DNA of 63,048 nt, the filler included, from Lenisia limosa (Eukaryota; Protista; Breviatea), in assembly GCA_001655205.1 (NCBI GenBank). It is 12 parts of 12 records of this genome, joined end to end, with 100 filler letters (N's around TTAATTAATTAA, not from the genome) between each part and the next. Parts side by side here need not be neighbours in the genome. Positions count along the whole stretch, not along the records: positions 1 to 5,586 come from LPNZ01006381.1; positions 5,687 to 13,316 come from LPNZ01007227.1; 10 more parts are not named here. One strand, written 5' to 3'. Of this stretch, positions 1 through 11,600 are shown in pieces. The notes under the pieces were generated by a model. That model did no database searches. It saw only the letters and a list, made by a program, of their open reading frames with translations, and was not told where the DNA came from. The first letter of the stretch is position 1. Each line of letters opens with the position of its first letter. Made by a program: the position numbers and the translations under genes.

Positions 1-290
1 GGAGAGTACCGTACTGAGCTTGCTGGTTTGGCCGCCACCGTCATGCCAAACAGCACTGAAATGGGCGAGGTCCAAACCGAAACATGCGTCGCCCCGGACA
101 CCCTTGTTGACGAAACCCTTGATCTCGATGGTGGGCGAGTGGGTCTTATGGTATCAAGAATCCTTCACTTGCAATATCAATTGCCAAAGGCTTGACCTTA
201 CTAACATTTCCAGAAAACAGTGTTGAAGTCATCGTCGATGATAACGATGATAATGCTGATGCCTCCCGCGTTTAGGGCGCCGCTACATTC
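1..290 (-). CDS. Partial spliced gene, hypothetical protein (runs off window start)
   Basis: Minus-strand open stretches ..GALNAGGISIIIVIIDDDFNTVFWK.. and ..PTIEIKGFVNKGVRGDACFGLDLAHFSAVWHDGG.. separated by a probable GT-AG intron; exon phase not resolved; no recognised domain. Confidence 0.4.
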
Positions 291-2283
291 TCTAATTGAC
301 TTTCTTATATTTTTAGTAGTATTTCTTGGTTGGTGATGTTGGGTTGGGTGTTATGTAGAGTGTTCTTTATCACTGTGTCTATTTTTGTCACCCTTCTTCC
401 ATTATGCGCAATTTCCTGTTCTATGGGGCAGACTTTTTTCAGTTAATCGGGCTCAAACGTCAAACCCTGACTGCCCAAATGGTTAAGGTTTCAAAATTGC
501 ATTACACAAAAACATACAAAATCGCACCATCAAAACAGTCAATAAAAAAAACAGTGAATAAAAAAAAGCGTTCAAAAAGACTCCTCATAACATGATAACT
601 CTCTTTCAAGGGGTTTAATAATCGGAGTCACTTGCGTACCTCTCCACGATGCACTATGATATCAGTTTCAAACAATTAAAGACACTTTTCCCTAATCCTT
701 AGCCAGCTTACCAGCTTCACCAATCAGCTAGTTATCTTTGGTGATAATGTCAATCTGAGATTGTTAGATTGGAACTCCCCGATTTCTTCACTCTTCTGAT
801 GTTGTTGAATATGGAATAGTGATTCACCAAAACTAACCTGGAAACTTGGTAGAATATTGGTTTCACCTGTGTTTGATGATCTTTCTATCCCCCCAATTTA
901 CTATTCCCCTTGTCACCACACATTTTCCGATTCCTCTATTTTTCTTCCCTAGATTTCTAATATATTTAATGTAGAGTNNNNNNNNNNNNNNNNNNNNNNN
1001 NNNNNNNNNNNNNNNNNNNNNNNNNNNNNNNNNNNNNNNNNNNNNNNNNNNNNNNNNNNNNNNNNNNNNNNNNNNNNNNNNNNNNNNNNNNNNNNNNNNN
1101 NNCATGACGGTGAATCGAAGCCTCGGATCCTCCCATGGACATGTCTGGGGGAGTAAAACGAACAAAATATCGATGAAGAATATTGGCGTAAAGGCAAAAT
1201 GGAATATTTATGAAACAAATAAAAAAAAAGCCTAAATCACTGTTGGCTGACAATACACGAGGGTTGATAACAACAAAACACANNNNNNNNNNNNNNNNNN
1301 NNNNNNNNNNNNNNNNNNNNNNNNNNNNNNNNNNNNNNNNNNNNNNNNNNNNNNNNNNNNNNNNNNNNNNNNNNNNNNNNNNNNNNNNNNNNNNNNNNNN
1401 NNNNNNNNNNNNNNNNNNNNNNNNNNNNNNNNNNNNNNNNNNNNNNNNNNNNNGATTATTATAAAAAAAAATGAAGGAAATCATTTCAATTCGCTGAACC
1501 TACCGTTTTACCAGGAGCATCACCAAGGAAATGGCGGTTATTATTAATGTCCGAAAGCGTGGTCGGCGGAGGGAGGGCTACAAAGCCTGCAGGGAGACCC
1601 TTGCTGCGGAGGAGTGAGGGATTGAGTGATGGAGTGAGTGAGGGAGATAGATTATAAGGGAGGAAAGAGGGTGGCGAGAAAAAAACCTCTATATCTATAC
1701 ATAGCAATAAGAAATAAAGTTGTATCTGGCCGANNNNNNNNNNATATTCCCTGAGGGAGTGAGGGATTGAGTGATGGAGTGAGTGAGGGAGATAGATTAT
1801 AATGGGGGAGGAAAGAGGGTGGCGAGAAAAAAACCTCTATTTCTATACATAGCAATAAGAAAAGTTGTATCTGGCCGAAGCCGTCCACACTATCACGCTT
1901 ATAAGAGATATTGGATTATAGTATACTATTAATTCACTCAATCATTTGCCTTACAACTCTGTACACACATGCCAGTTATTTTTATTTCTCATTGCTATAT
2001 TTAGTACCAGCCCTCAATGCCCCCTCCCCTCACTTCACTGGACGACTGTAGAGAAACCCAATAGAAAACTCAGGAAAGCCTCTCAGAGTCCTAAATCAGT
2101 GAATAAGCTGATATCATTGAAAATAGGAGGGTAGGAAGGATCAGTTGAAAATAAGTCGAAAACATCCCGATAATTCAATATCTCTGAAAAGCGTGATAGT
2201 ATGGAAGGCTTCGTCCTACTTTCAATTTACAACTCCAACCACCTTACCCCCCAAATACACGCTTATTCATCCTTACCCCCCCC

Positions 2284-5200
2284 CTACATGGCCATATGAA
2301 GCGTGTCCCGGGGCGGTTGGACACGCGGCATATCCTGAATGACAATATTGTGCCCATCGGGTGCGATGAGGCTTTCGCAGTGAAACGTCCGGTCCATTTG
2401 CCTAATGATTTCCCGGGACATTTTTCGGCTCCGGTAGAGGTCAAGTCGGGCTCTTTCCAAGACATATCGATCCTGGAGGGGGGGGGGGNNNNNNNNNNNN
2501 NNNNNNNNNNNNNNNNNNNNNNNNNNNNNNNNNNNNNNNNNNNNNNNNNNNNNNNNNNNNNNNNNNNNNNNGTTGGCTGACAACACACGAGGATTGATAA
2601 CAACAAAACAAACCCTGCACCTCCTCAGAGAGGATGGGAACCAAGACGCTCCCGACATATGGTCCTAATGTGTATTTGTTTCCCTTGTCTTGTATTCAAT
2701 ACATATTTTAAAAGAAACAGTAAATAAATAATAATAATAATAAAACCTCCCCTAAACACACCAACAGTACCTTCAAAAATACTCTCCCCTCCCCCCCGTC
2801 CTCCCACCTTCAAAGTGGTAGCACTCTGCGCAGTGTCGGACATATTCATCAATTGTTCCATTTTGATGGTGTAAGGAATAGGCAAGGCAAAGACGTCTGT
2901 TTCATTGTGGAAGGAGTGCTAGATGATGATGATGATGATGATGATGGTAATGGTAATGATGGTAGTGATGATGCTGGTGATGACTCGACCCCCCCCCCCA
3001 GCANNNNNNNNNNNNNNNNNNNNNNNNNNNNNNNNNNNNNNNNNNNNNNNNNNNNNNNNNNNNNNNNNNNNNNNNNNNNNNNNNNNNNNNNNNNNNNNNN
3101 NNNNNNNNNNNNNNNNNNNNTTTCGATCATTTTTCTCGCGCATTCGGTCACTTGGGGGACCTGGGGAGTAAAATTGGAAGATAAATTTATGAAGCAAAAA
3201 AAAAAAGCCGAAAATCAACAATTGGCTGAGAATACACGAAGGTTGAGAAAAAAAAACAAAAACAAAGCCCAGACCAGTCACTTCACACACATCACACACA
3301 TACATATAAACACACACACAGACTAACCCCACTTCTACCCCCCCCCTCGCCCACGGTAGTCCAAGAGTTCTTGTAAGTCGTGATAGTCAAGCCGTCCTCG
3401 AAGGTGACCTTCCTCTTTCGGAAACCCTCGAAAGACGAAGAACTGCACGGGGTTAGAAGGGGAGAAAGACGAAGAACTGCACGGGGTAAAAGGGGATTTT
3501 ATGAAACAGAAGAAAACTCCCAGGCTCCACTCTGTTGGCGGGGAAGATAATAAAAACAAAAGAAAAAAAAAATCCATTCTGAGGCGCATATGCGATGGGG
3601 GCGCTGTTTGTTTTGTTGTTCTCAGGGTTGATTTTGGTCTTATTTTTGTTTCGAAATTTCCTTCTTTTTTACCCCATATAGAGCCAAATATTGCGTATCA
3701 CTTTTTTGGGCCATTTTTACTCGTGTGATTGTTTATAGAAAGCCACATTCTTCGTTTTATATTATTCTCATTCCCTCCCCTCCCCCACTCCATTATCCCT
3801 TATTATAACAATTTTGGGCTTTGTTTTTGTTTTATGAATTCCCCGTTTTCACCCCCAACCTGAAAGACGGACAAGTTTGAGAGAGTTTAGGAGGGTCGAG
3901 CTCACAATGAACAATATTTGGCTCTATATGGGGTAAAAAAGAAGGAAATTTCGAAACAAAAATAAGACCAAAATCAGCCCTGAGAACAACAAAACAAACA
4001 GCGCCCCCATCATACCTGTCTGGGATAATAGCGAATTAGGCAAGTGCAGCTTCGAGGTGAATGCTGAAAAGTTAGACCAAGACATATGTGAATGATGGGG
4101 GAGGGGGGGTGAACGTTACATACAGTGACCGGGATAAGTCTTGACCGATTTGCATTCCAAAGGAAAATCTACCAAGACTTATCCCGGTCACTGGATATAA
4201 TTTGGGCCAAGGTGATAACAGCATCATAAACTGTGGTACATTCTTCTGCCACTTTGCTACACACTTTGTTACCCCTTTCCAAAAGAGACAATATTCGAAC
4301 AGAAACCGCAGTAATACTAATAGTTGGGGCAATTAATAATGGGCAAATGCTCTTCATATTCAAACATTTTGTGATTGAAAAATGATTGAAATTCTTAATA
4401 GTGAAATGAGTCAAATTATAACAACTTGTTATTGAAAAATGATTTGAAATTCAATCTTAATAGTGTGACAAGTGAAATGACCCCCCCCCCCNNNNNNNNN
4501 NNNNNNNNNNNNNNNNNNNNNNNNNNNNNNNNNNNNNNNNNNNNNNNNNNNNNNNNNNNNNNNNNNNNNNNNNNNNNNNNNNNNNNNNNNNNNNNNNNNN
4601 NNNNNNNNNNNNNNNNNNNNNNNNNNNNNNNNNNNNNNNNNNNNNNNNNNNNNNNNNNNNNNNAAATCAACTCTGTTGGCTGACAGCACACGGTCGCTTC
4701 TGTAGCACCGCATCCCATCACTCCAGCGAGTAAATATTCATCGTAATAATGAAAAATTTTAGAAAATATAAAGAACCCAAATCAACTCAGTTGGTGGGTG
4801 GAGGACATAAATAAGAAATATACAGGGGAGGCAGTGACAAAAAAAGTCAACAAAAGCCCTTTTTCAAACCAATTTCAATTCACCCTACCCCCACGTTCTT
4901 CAGTTTTGACGTTATTTTCATCATCCAAGGCGGCGGTGTCAATTGCGGATAAGGGGGCGGATTTGGCGGAAGGGGGGGATTCCGGGGTCTTTTCAGGGAC
5001 CTGGTGGGATGATTTTTGGATTTCATGAGAGAATACTTCAACAAAAAAGTACCTAAAAATAAAAAGAAAAATAAAAAATCAAAAAGATGAAAAATCAAAA
5101 AGATAATTTACATTTACACAAGGGTTCACTCTGAGTCTTTCAGAGTATCATTGGAACTTGTTGGTCAATTATCATTAGAGTGGATATGAGGTATTATACC

Positions 5201-5420
5201 ACTACGTAGAAAGGATAGTAGTTCACACGTTTGAAAATGACACAAAAAGTGCTGTTACAGGAGCAGGTTTTAACCCACAGCCCGGCCTCCACTTACCAAA
5301 TCGGGATCGGGCGAGGCTGGGTTGCCCATAAAGCCGATCGCACTTGATGATTTTAGCAGGTTGAAGGAGGGCTCTTTAGGTATACTGTCCAAATCGGCTA
5401 AGGGGCTAGGCTCTGCGCGG
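2284..5420 (-). CDS. Multi-exon hypothetical protein (possibly more than one gene)
   Basis: Phase-consistent 3' exons read ..LHHQNGTIDEYVRHCAECYHFE|GPYVGSVLVPILSEE|DRYVLERARLDLYRSRKMSREIIRQMDRTFHCESLIAPDGHNIVIQDMPRVQPPRDTLHMAM*. Upstream exon candidates are GFRKRKVTFEDGLTITTYKNSW, VPEKTPESPPSAKSAPL and EPSPLADLDSIPKEPSFNLL; their connectivity is interrupted by gaps. Confidence 0.5.
3594..4011. repeat. ~100-bp inverted repeat with ~220-bp spacer
   Basis: 3594-3693 versus the reverse complement of 3912-4011 differ at one position. Confidence 0.85.
4123..4193. mobile_element. MITE family C (~70 bp), TIR CAGTGACCGGGATAAGTCTTG, mostly TA-flanked (Tc1/mariner-like)
   Basis: Near-perfect hairpin. 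Other copies at 9760-9880, 24868-24920, 25180-25245, 25995-26035, 36958-37021, 54742-54795 and 61696-61768. Confidence 0.8.
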
Positions 5421-5586
5421 GGAGGAGGGTAAAGGAAGGAAATTTATATATATATATAAATTGGCTGACTCAGCAGAAAACGCCTACAATCAACTCTGTT
5501 GGCTGACAACACACAAGAGTTGATACTAACAAAACAAAGCCCAGGCCAGGCCAGTCGCCTCTGAAGCACCGCATCCCATCACTCCA

Positions 5587-5686
5587 NNNNNNNNNNNNNN
5601 NNNNNNNNNNNNNNNNNNNNNNNNNNNNNNTTAATTAATTAANNNNNNNNNNNNNNNNNNNNNNNNNNNNNNNNNNNNNNNNNNNN
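5587..5686. other. Artificial scaffold-joining spacer N44-TTAATTAATTAA-N44 (first of 11)
   Basis: Identical 100-nt spacers at 5587-5686, 13317-13416, 15498-15597, 20381-20480, 22586-22685, 26302-26401, 31703-31802, 34712-34811, 37603-37702, 55008-55107 and 58832-58931. TTAATTAATTAA gives stops in all six frames, as expected of a pseudomolecule linker. Confidence 0.97.
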
Positions 5687-5699
5687 ACCCCCCCCCCCC

Positions 5700-8600
5700 A
5701 CTAGCAGTAGTAAACAAACGGTCGTCATGGTTGGGGCTTTTACGGCCGAAAAGAGTGTCTTCTTGTCCGAGGAAGTCCTCCCAGTAAATTTCGTAATCTT
5801 CTGGCTTGGTCAGAGGCAGAGTTTCACTTTTAAATTTTGAAGAAATAAACAGAAATTGTTTTTTTTTCTTCATATATGTCCTTGTGAAATATCGAGGATT
5901 TATCGAGGATTTACTGAGGATTTATCGAGGATTTACTGAGGATTTATTGAATTTGGTCTTTTTTGGAAACCAAAACTGAAGCTAGAAAATTGATGAGGGG
6001 ACATAAAGCATTCCATTTCAAAACTGACCTCAAAAGGTCCTGACACGGATATTGAGCTTTATCTTTGGTCAATCGTGTCAGGACTTATCACGGTCATGAT
6101 ATAGCTATGAATGAAATACGTCACCTATGTATGTTATTATCCTCAATAAAAATAAGGATTTTTACCGTTACAAACCTTTAGTCACGGAAGAAAGCAAGAT
6201 TTCGGTTCCCGCCTCTCTCATAACTTCGGTCAAAATGTCGACAGAATCAAGAATATCCTGGGGGACCTGACGACCATTCCTGGAAAGTCATTCCTGGTCA
6301 TCGTCTCAATAATTCAAATGTTCATATCTAATATTATATCATTTTTAATCATAGTGTATCATATGTGTATATCTTATGCTGAATATGATGTAATTGTATA
6401 TCATATTCATATACCTCTGGGACAAGTCCTTATACGATTGACAAAAGATCTAGCTCAATGTCCGGGTCAGGACTTTTTGTGGTCACTGTATATTCGACAT
6501 CATTTGATACAGTAATGTGGTTTGAAAGCAAGCTTGAATCCCTCTATCGCAACACCCACGCAGCACTGAAAAAAGCCCTCCTCACGCAATCATGCGTCGG
6601 ACGAGCGCACCACTTCGCGCAGTGAACCAATAAACGTCAAACCTGGATGTGGGGGGGAGTAAAACTTGACTTTTATCAAAACAAACCAGCATCAAACATG
6701 GTGAGTTTAAGAAGAACGATAGAATGGTGTGAACGACAGGCCAACAAATGATAAATTCGAGGATTTCCGCCTAATCAGCTCACTTGGCAGGGTAGTAGAG
6801 AAGAACCAAATCAGGCCGTGACTCCAGCAGGCCTATATGGTCAATCGGGGGAGCGGAGTAAAACTGGATAATTTGAAAAAAACCCCAGAATCAATTCTGT
6901 TGGCAAAGCAGTTGATTAGTCCATTCATCTCTACAGCACGTTTAAACGATTACGCATAATGAGCATTTGGTGAACATGATGAAAGAGGAAATAGCCAAGA
7001 ATCGATTTGACCAAATCCGTCAACATCATCTTTTCAAAAATAACACTGATTGTTGAAATATCAGACCATATTGAGTAATACACAACAACCAGTTATAAAT
7101 GCAAGGCATTTATAAACACTATTTTATACTCAGAAAAACACACATGTTTACTACATCATTCACACCAGTGGATATGGCGTAGGAAAGAGCCTTCGCTGAA
7201 GAGCGGATCATTTCGGAGATTTCAACAGAAAGCCACTCGTCAGGGTTACCTGAGAGGGGGGGGGGGGGTAAAATTGGAAAATTTATGAAACAAAAAAAAG
7301 CCCAAATCAACCTTGAAAAAAGGAACATTTGAAAAAAAGTATTCAAATTTTAGAACAAATAAAACCTCAAATTAATAGTGGAGGGGTATGCGTTTTCAAA
7401 ATCAAGAGCTATGAGCGGGAGGAGAACAAACAAGAAAGACAAAGTAGATAGCGTCAATCAAACAAACGGATCAAAAACAGAAGGAGAGGGGGGGGAGTTA
7501 GGGGGAACAAAAGGTCGAAATTGTAGGACTCTGTCCAACTAACTACGATTTTATTTAGAAAACTGTAACAATTTGAGAAAGGAATGAGCCACATCAGACG
7601 CTTTGGAGAAATGTATTCATTTTCTGGAAAGGAGAGAAGCCCTATGGATTATCAAAAACATTACGTCTAATAAAACTGAGCATCGGGTTTCACCCATCGC
7701 GTTCCACAATGAACCCGTTTGAGTCTTTGAGAGACACTGTATATTCCTTGTACACTTAGGATACTCAATTAGTGAGTTAGATGAGCTGCAGAAAAAGTTA
7801 GAGGACAAGGATAACTTTCGTGAAGTTGGATCAAATGAAGATGGAGAAGCTCTGGGAGCTCTCACGCATTCCAAATGTACTAATTTGAATCGTGTATTAA
7901 TTGAAAAGAGTCGCGCTGTGTTAGTATGGGCAAAAAATAAAATAAAAAAATAAACGAAGAAGAGCTTATACAAATAAAAATAGACAAAAGAGGAAATAGC
8001 CCCCCGATAATATTTCAATATNNNNNNNNNNNNNNNNNNNNNNNNNNNNNNNNNNNNNNNNNNNNNNNNNNNNNNNNNNNNNNNNNNNNNNNNNNNNNNN
8101 NNNNNNNNNNNNNNNNNNNNNNNNNNNNNNNNNNNNNNNNNNNNNNNNNNNNNNNNNNNNNNNNNNNNNNNNNNNTCTAAGAAGAGATATGGGAGAATAG
8201 TATAATATTAATTCACCCAATCATTTACCTTACAACTCTGTGCACACCGCATTCTGCGTTCCTCCCAAGCATACTAGATAAGACAATAACCCCACTAATT
8301 CACCCCTTTTACCACCCACTATTTTCGAGCGCTGCGGCAGCGGTCCATCCATATACGGTGTTAGCCAAAACGGAGAGGTCGACATTGTTGGTCACAAAAG
8401 GCATAGACTGGGGGGGAGTAAAACGAAGGAAGAGGTACAAATCACGAACCGAATTATCTGAAACTCCACACAAACAAAAAACACGCAACAACAAATACGA
8501 GCAACCAACAATACCAGATATTGGATTATACTGTTCCAGNNNNNNNNNNNNNNNNNNNNNNNNNNNNNNNNNNNNNNNNNNNNNNNNNNNNNNNNNNNNN

Positions 8601-11600
8601 NNNNNNNATCTCTCGGTAAGTCCCCCTGAATATCGCAATTTAAACGCTCCTTTTTCGGATCGCAAGGAAGATCTAATTACCCAACACAAGTCTGGCAACA
8701 TTTCATACCTTTCCCTTCTTAAACGTTTCCCTGTTCTCTGACTGCGAAAGGAGCCATGTCGCAAAGAATGACGTTGATTCTAGGGGAGATAACACGAAGG
8801 AAATTTCGGTGAAGAATATTGCTACTCGGGNNNNNNNNNNNNNNNNNNNNNNNNNNNNNNNNNNNNNNNNNNNNNNNNNNNNNNNNNNNNNNNNNNNNNN
8901 NNNNNNNNNNNNNNNGCCCAAAACCGGCTAGGGGGTACAAAAGGAAAAAGGAAATCGATGAAACAAGGAAATAATGGGTAAAAATAGTAATTATGAATAA
9001 AGAAGTCTCAAAAATCAAATCTGCTATAAATAACGCGTGAATAATGGACCACCACCTATGATATTTATTGTTTGTTTTAATCACAATATGCCCATACATT
9101 GTGTAATATACTATGTAATATTGTGCATTATACGATGAATTTTACTGCATTGGATGGTTTGGAAAAATACCTCTTTCCTCCATGGGGATCTGTTTGAGGA
9201 AGTCATGCATCCAATAGTAGGTGCGGGGGTCAATAACTCGGGCGTCCTACAACGTCATGCCTATACTCCCCATTAACCGGTGGTAAGGAAAGGGGGGTGA
9301 GTCAGGGATAAATATCGAGGATTTGATTTCAATCATTTTTAGACCTGGCTGAACAGCTGTACAAAAATGATATTGAGTTTGTGTCGAAGAATATTGAGGT
9401 ATTTGGTAAGTACACCAGCAGCTGCTTACGTCATCGTCGCTGAAGGGTTTGTAGGCGTACTTGACCATGATATCTGCAGGGTTAAGAGTGTAACAGTAGT
9501 AGGGCTTCATTTTTGGTTCGAAAAATACTGGTAAATATCGATAGTTTTCGAAAATTTATCGAGAAATTTAGTCTTTTTTTGAATTGAAGTGAATCTCTAC
9601 ATGGTAGCCTGTGACAGCTTCCTCTGAGTGAATCAAAGCGCCAGTTTACCGGCAGCTTTGCTTAGTTTCCTGGAAGGCGACGACCAGGCTGATTCAGTCT
9701 TTGGCAATGCTCCATTCAAGTGGTTCAAATACGCATCTGCAGTGTGACGTTCAAATCGACAGTAACCGAGATAAGTCTTGATCGATACGCTATGTGATAT
9801 ACAGTGACGGGGACAACTCTTGACCGATTTGCTATGTGATTTTCCAAGGACAATAGGTCAAGACTTAACCCGGTCGTATCTGGAAACGAGAGCGACATAA
9901 GCTGTTCAATACCAAATCCGTTAAATCTCAATATAATACTATTTATTAATAATATAGAGGCAGATTGGTGAATTAAGCGTGATTGTTCATTACGCTTATA
10001 GAGATATTGGATTATAGTATGATATTAATTCACCCAATCATTTGTCTTACAACTCTTTGCACACTACCCAACAGTTTTTTTCAATTCTTCCCCTTCCACC
10101 TCCTACCGAAAACGATGGCGATTGAGGTGTCATCAACGTCACCTGAACACTGAGAAAGGCAGAAGAGGATGTAAACTAGTACCCCGAGGAGCGTAGGCGA
10201 GGAAGTATGGTATTTGTTTATGGTATCCCATTGTATTTATTTGTTTCCCTAGTTTTTAATAGATTTTATTTCTCTTGTTCACAATAATACCCCGTCCTCC
10301 CTCCCACTCCTGGAAGGTTTGATACCGGGTGGGGGGAAAGGTGACTGGATGAGGAGGAGGGGGAGCAAAATGGGAAAATTTATGAAACACAAAAAAAGCC
10401 CAGGCCAGTTGCTAGAATCAGTTTAATTATTATTGTATCACCAAATCAAATTACACTCAACCACCTAACAGAAATGACCTGAAATGATAATCAGCAAACC
10501 TGGGATATGGGTTGAGGCGGCTTCGTCCTTGATGCCATCAATGAACTTATCAATGACTTCACACACCTGAAGCGGTAAAACTTGCATGTTTTGAATGTTT
10601 GCAAAGGATTATCAAAAAAAAAACCAGACTGCAATTAATGCAATTAATGCAATAATAGGCAGATTTATAAAACAAAGTGTCGGAAAAAAATACTACGATA
10701 TGTAAGTCTCACTTTGAATTCCAAAATTTAGGTCTCAAAAAAATCACAAAACTTTTATATCAGACTCTACGAATAGTATAGCATCTTTTGGTACTCTCTA
10801 CTCCCACAAAGATATTTTTTAATTACCGACCTTCGGAATTTTGAAAGTTTTGCACTGTTCATCAGCCCATTTTTCGAACTCGAGAGAGTCGGTCATAGGG
10901 ACAAGGAGATTGGAGGGAGAGGCAATCCATGTGTCTGAAGAAATTAGCAATGGCGAAAACAACGGCTGAGGAAAACTCCACCACTTCTTGCAACGTTATG
11001 CATATGATATCCCATCAACTTCCATCATATACAGTACTATATACTATATACTATATACTATATAATATATGATATGCAATATGCATATATTATATAATAC
11101 TAGTAATATATGATAATATACTATAGCAATGGCAAACAAAAAATAAGGTTATATCTAGCCGAAGCGGTCCACATCAGAACTATTCCTATTCCCTCATCAA
11201 TACCACCCACCATTATCCTTGTTCAATTGTTGGCGCCAAAATCCGAACACTGGAGAATCTGCAGACTCATTCCGGTCCTTGGCTTTGAGAATTCCGTCTA
11301 AGGGTGTGGGGTTGGTAATATCGGAAATTTATGATTAAGAAAAAAAAAAAAAACAATCCAAAAATCAACTCAGTTGGCAGGCANNNNNNNNNNNNNNNNN
11401 NNNNNNNNNNNNNNNNNNNNNNNNNNNNNNNNNNNNNNNNNNNNNNNNNNNAAGTCGACCCCCACGTGCTGCCATAGCGATAGATTCATCTGAGGCTTTG
11501 ATAACACCAAGGTCATGAGCCTCCATAAGAAGTGCAGCAACCCACCCGGTCACAAACATATTGTTCTGGAGAAAGTGAGAATGGATGTACGCAACAACAA

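Noticed and set aside
863-1484. ORFs spanning N runs (many in the ORF track)
   Set aside because: They are open only because N translates to X, and most consist of repeat-family sequence.
1612-1876. ~120-bp tandem duplication
   Set aside because: The two near-identical copies flank a 10-N gap, so this is most likely an overlap or haplotype artefact.
5631-5642. TTAATTAATTAA as a regulatory or recombination site
   Set aside because: Always centred between two runs of exactly 44 N; an assembly linker.
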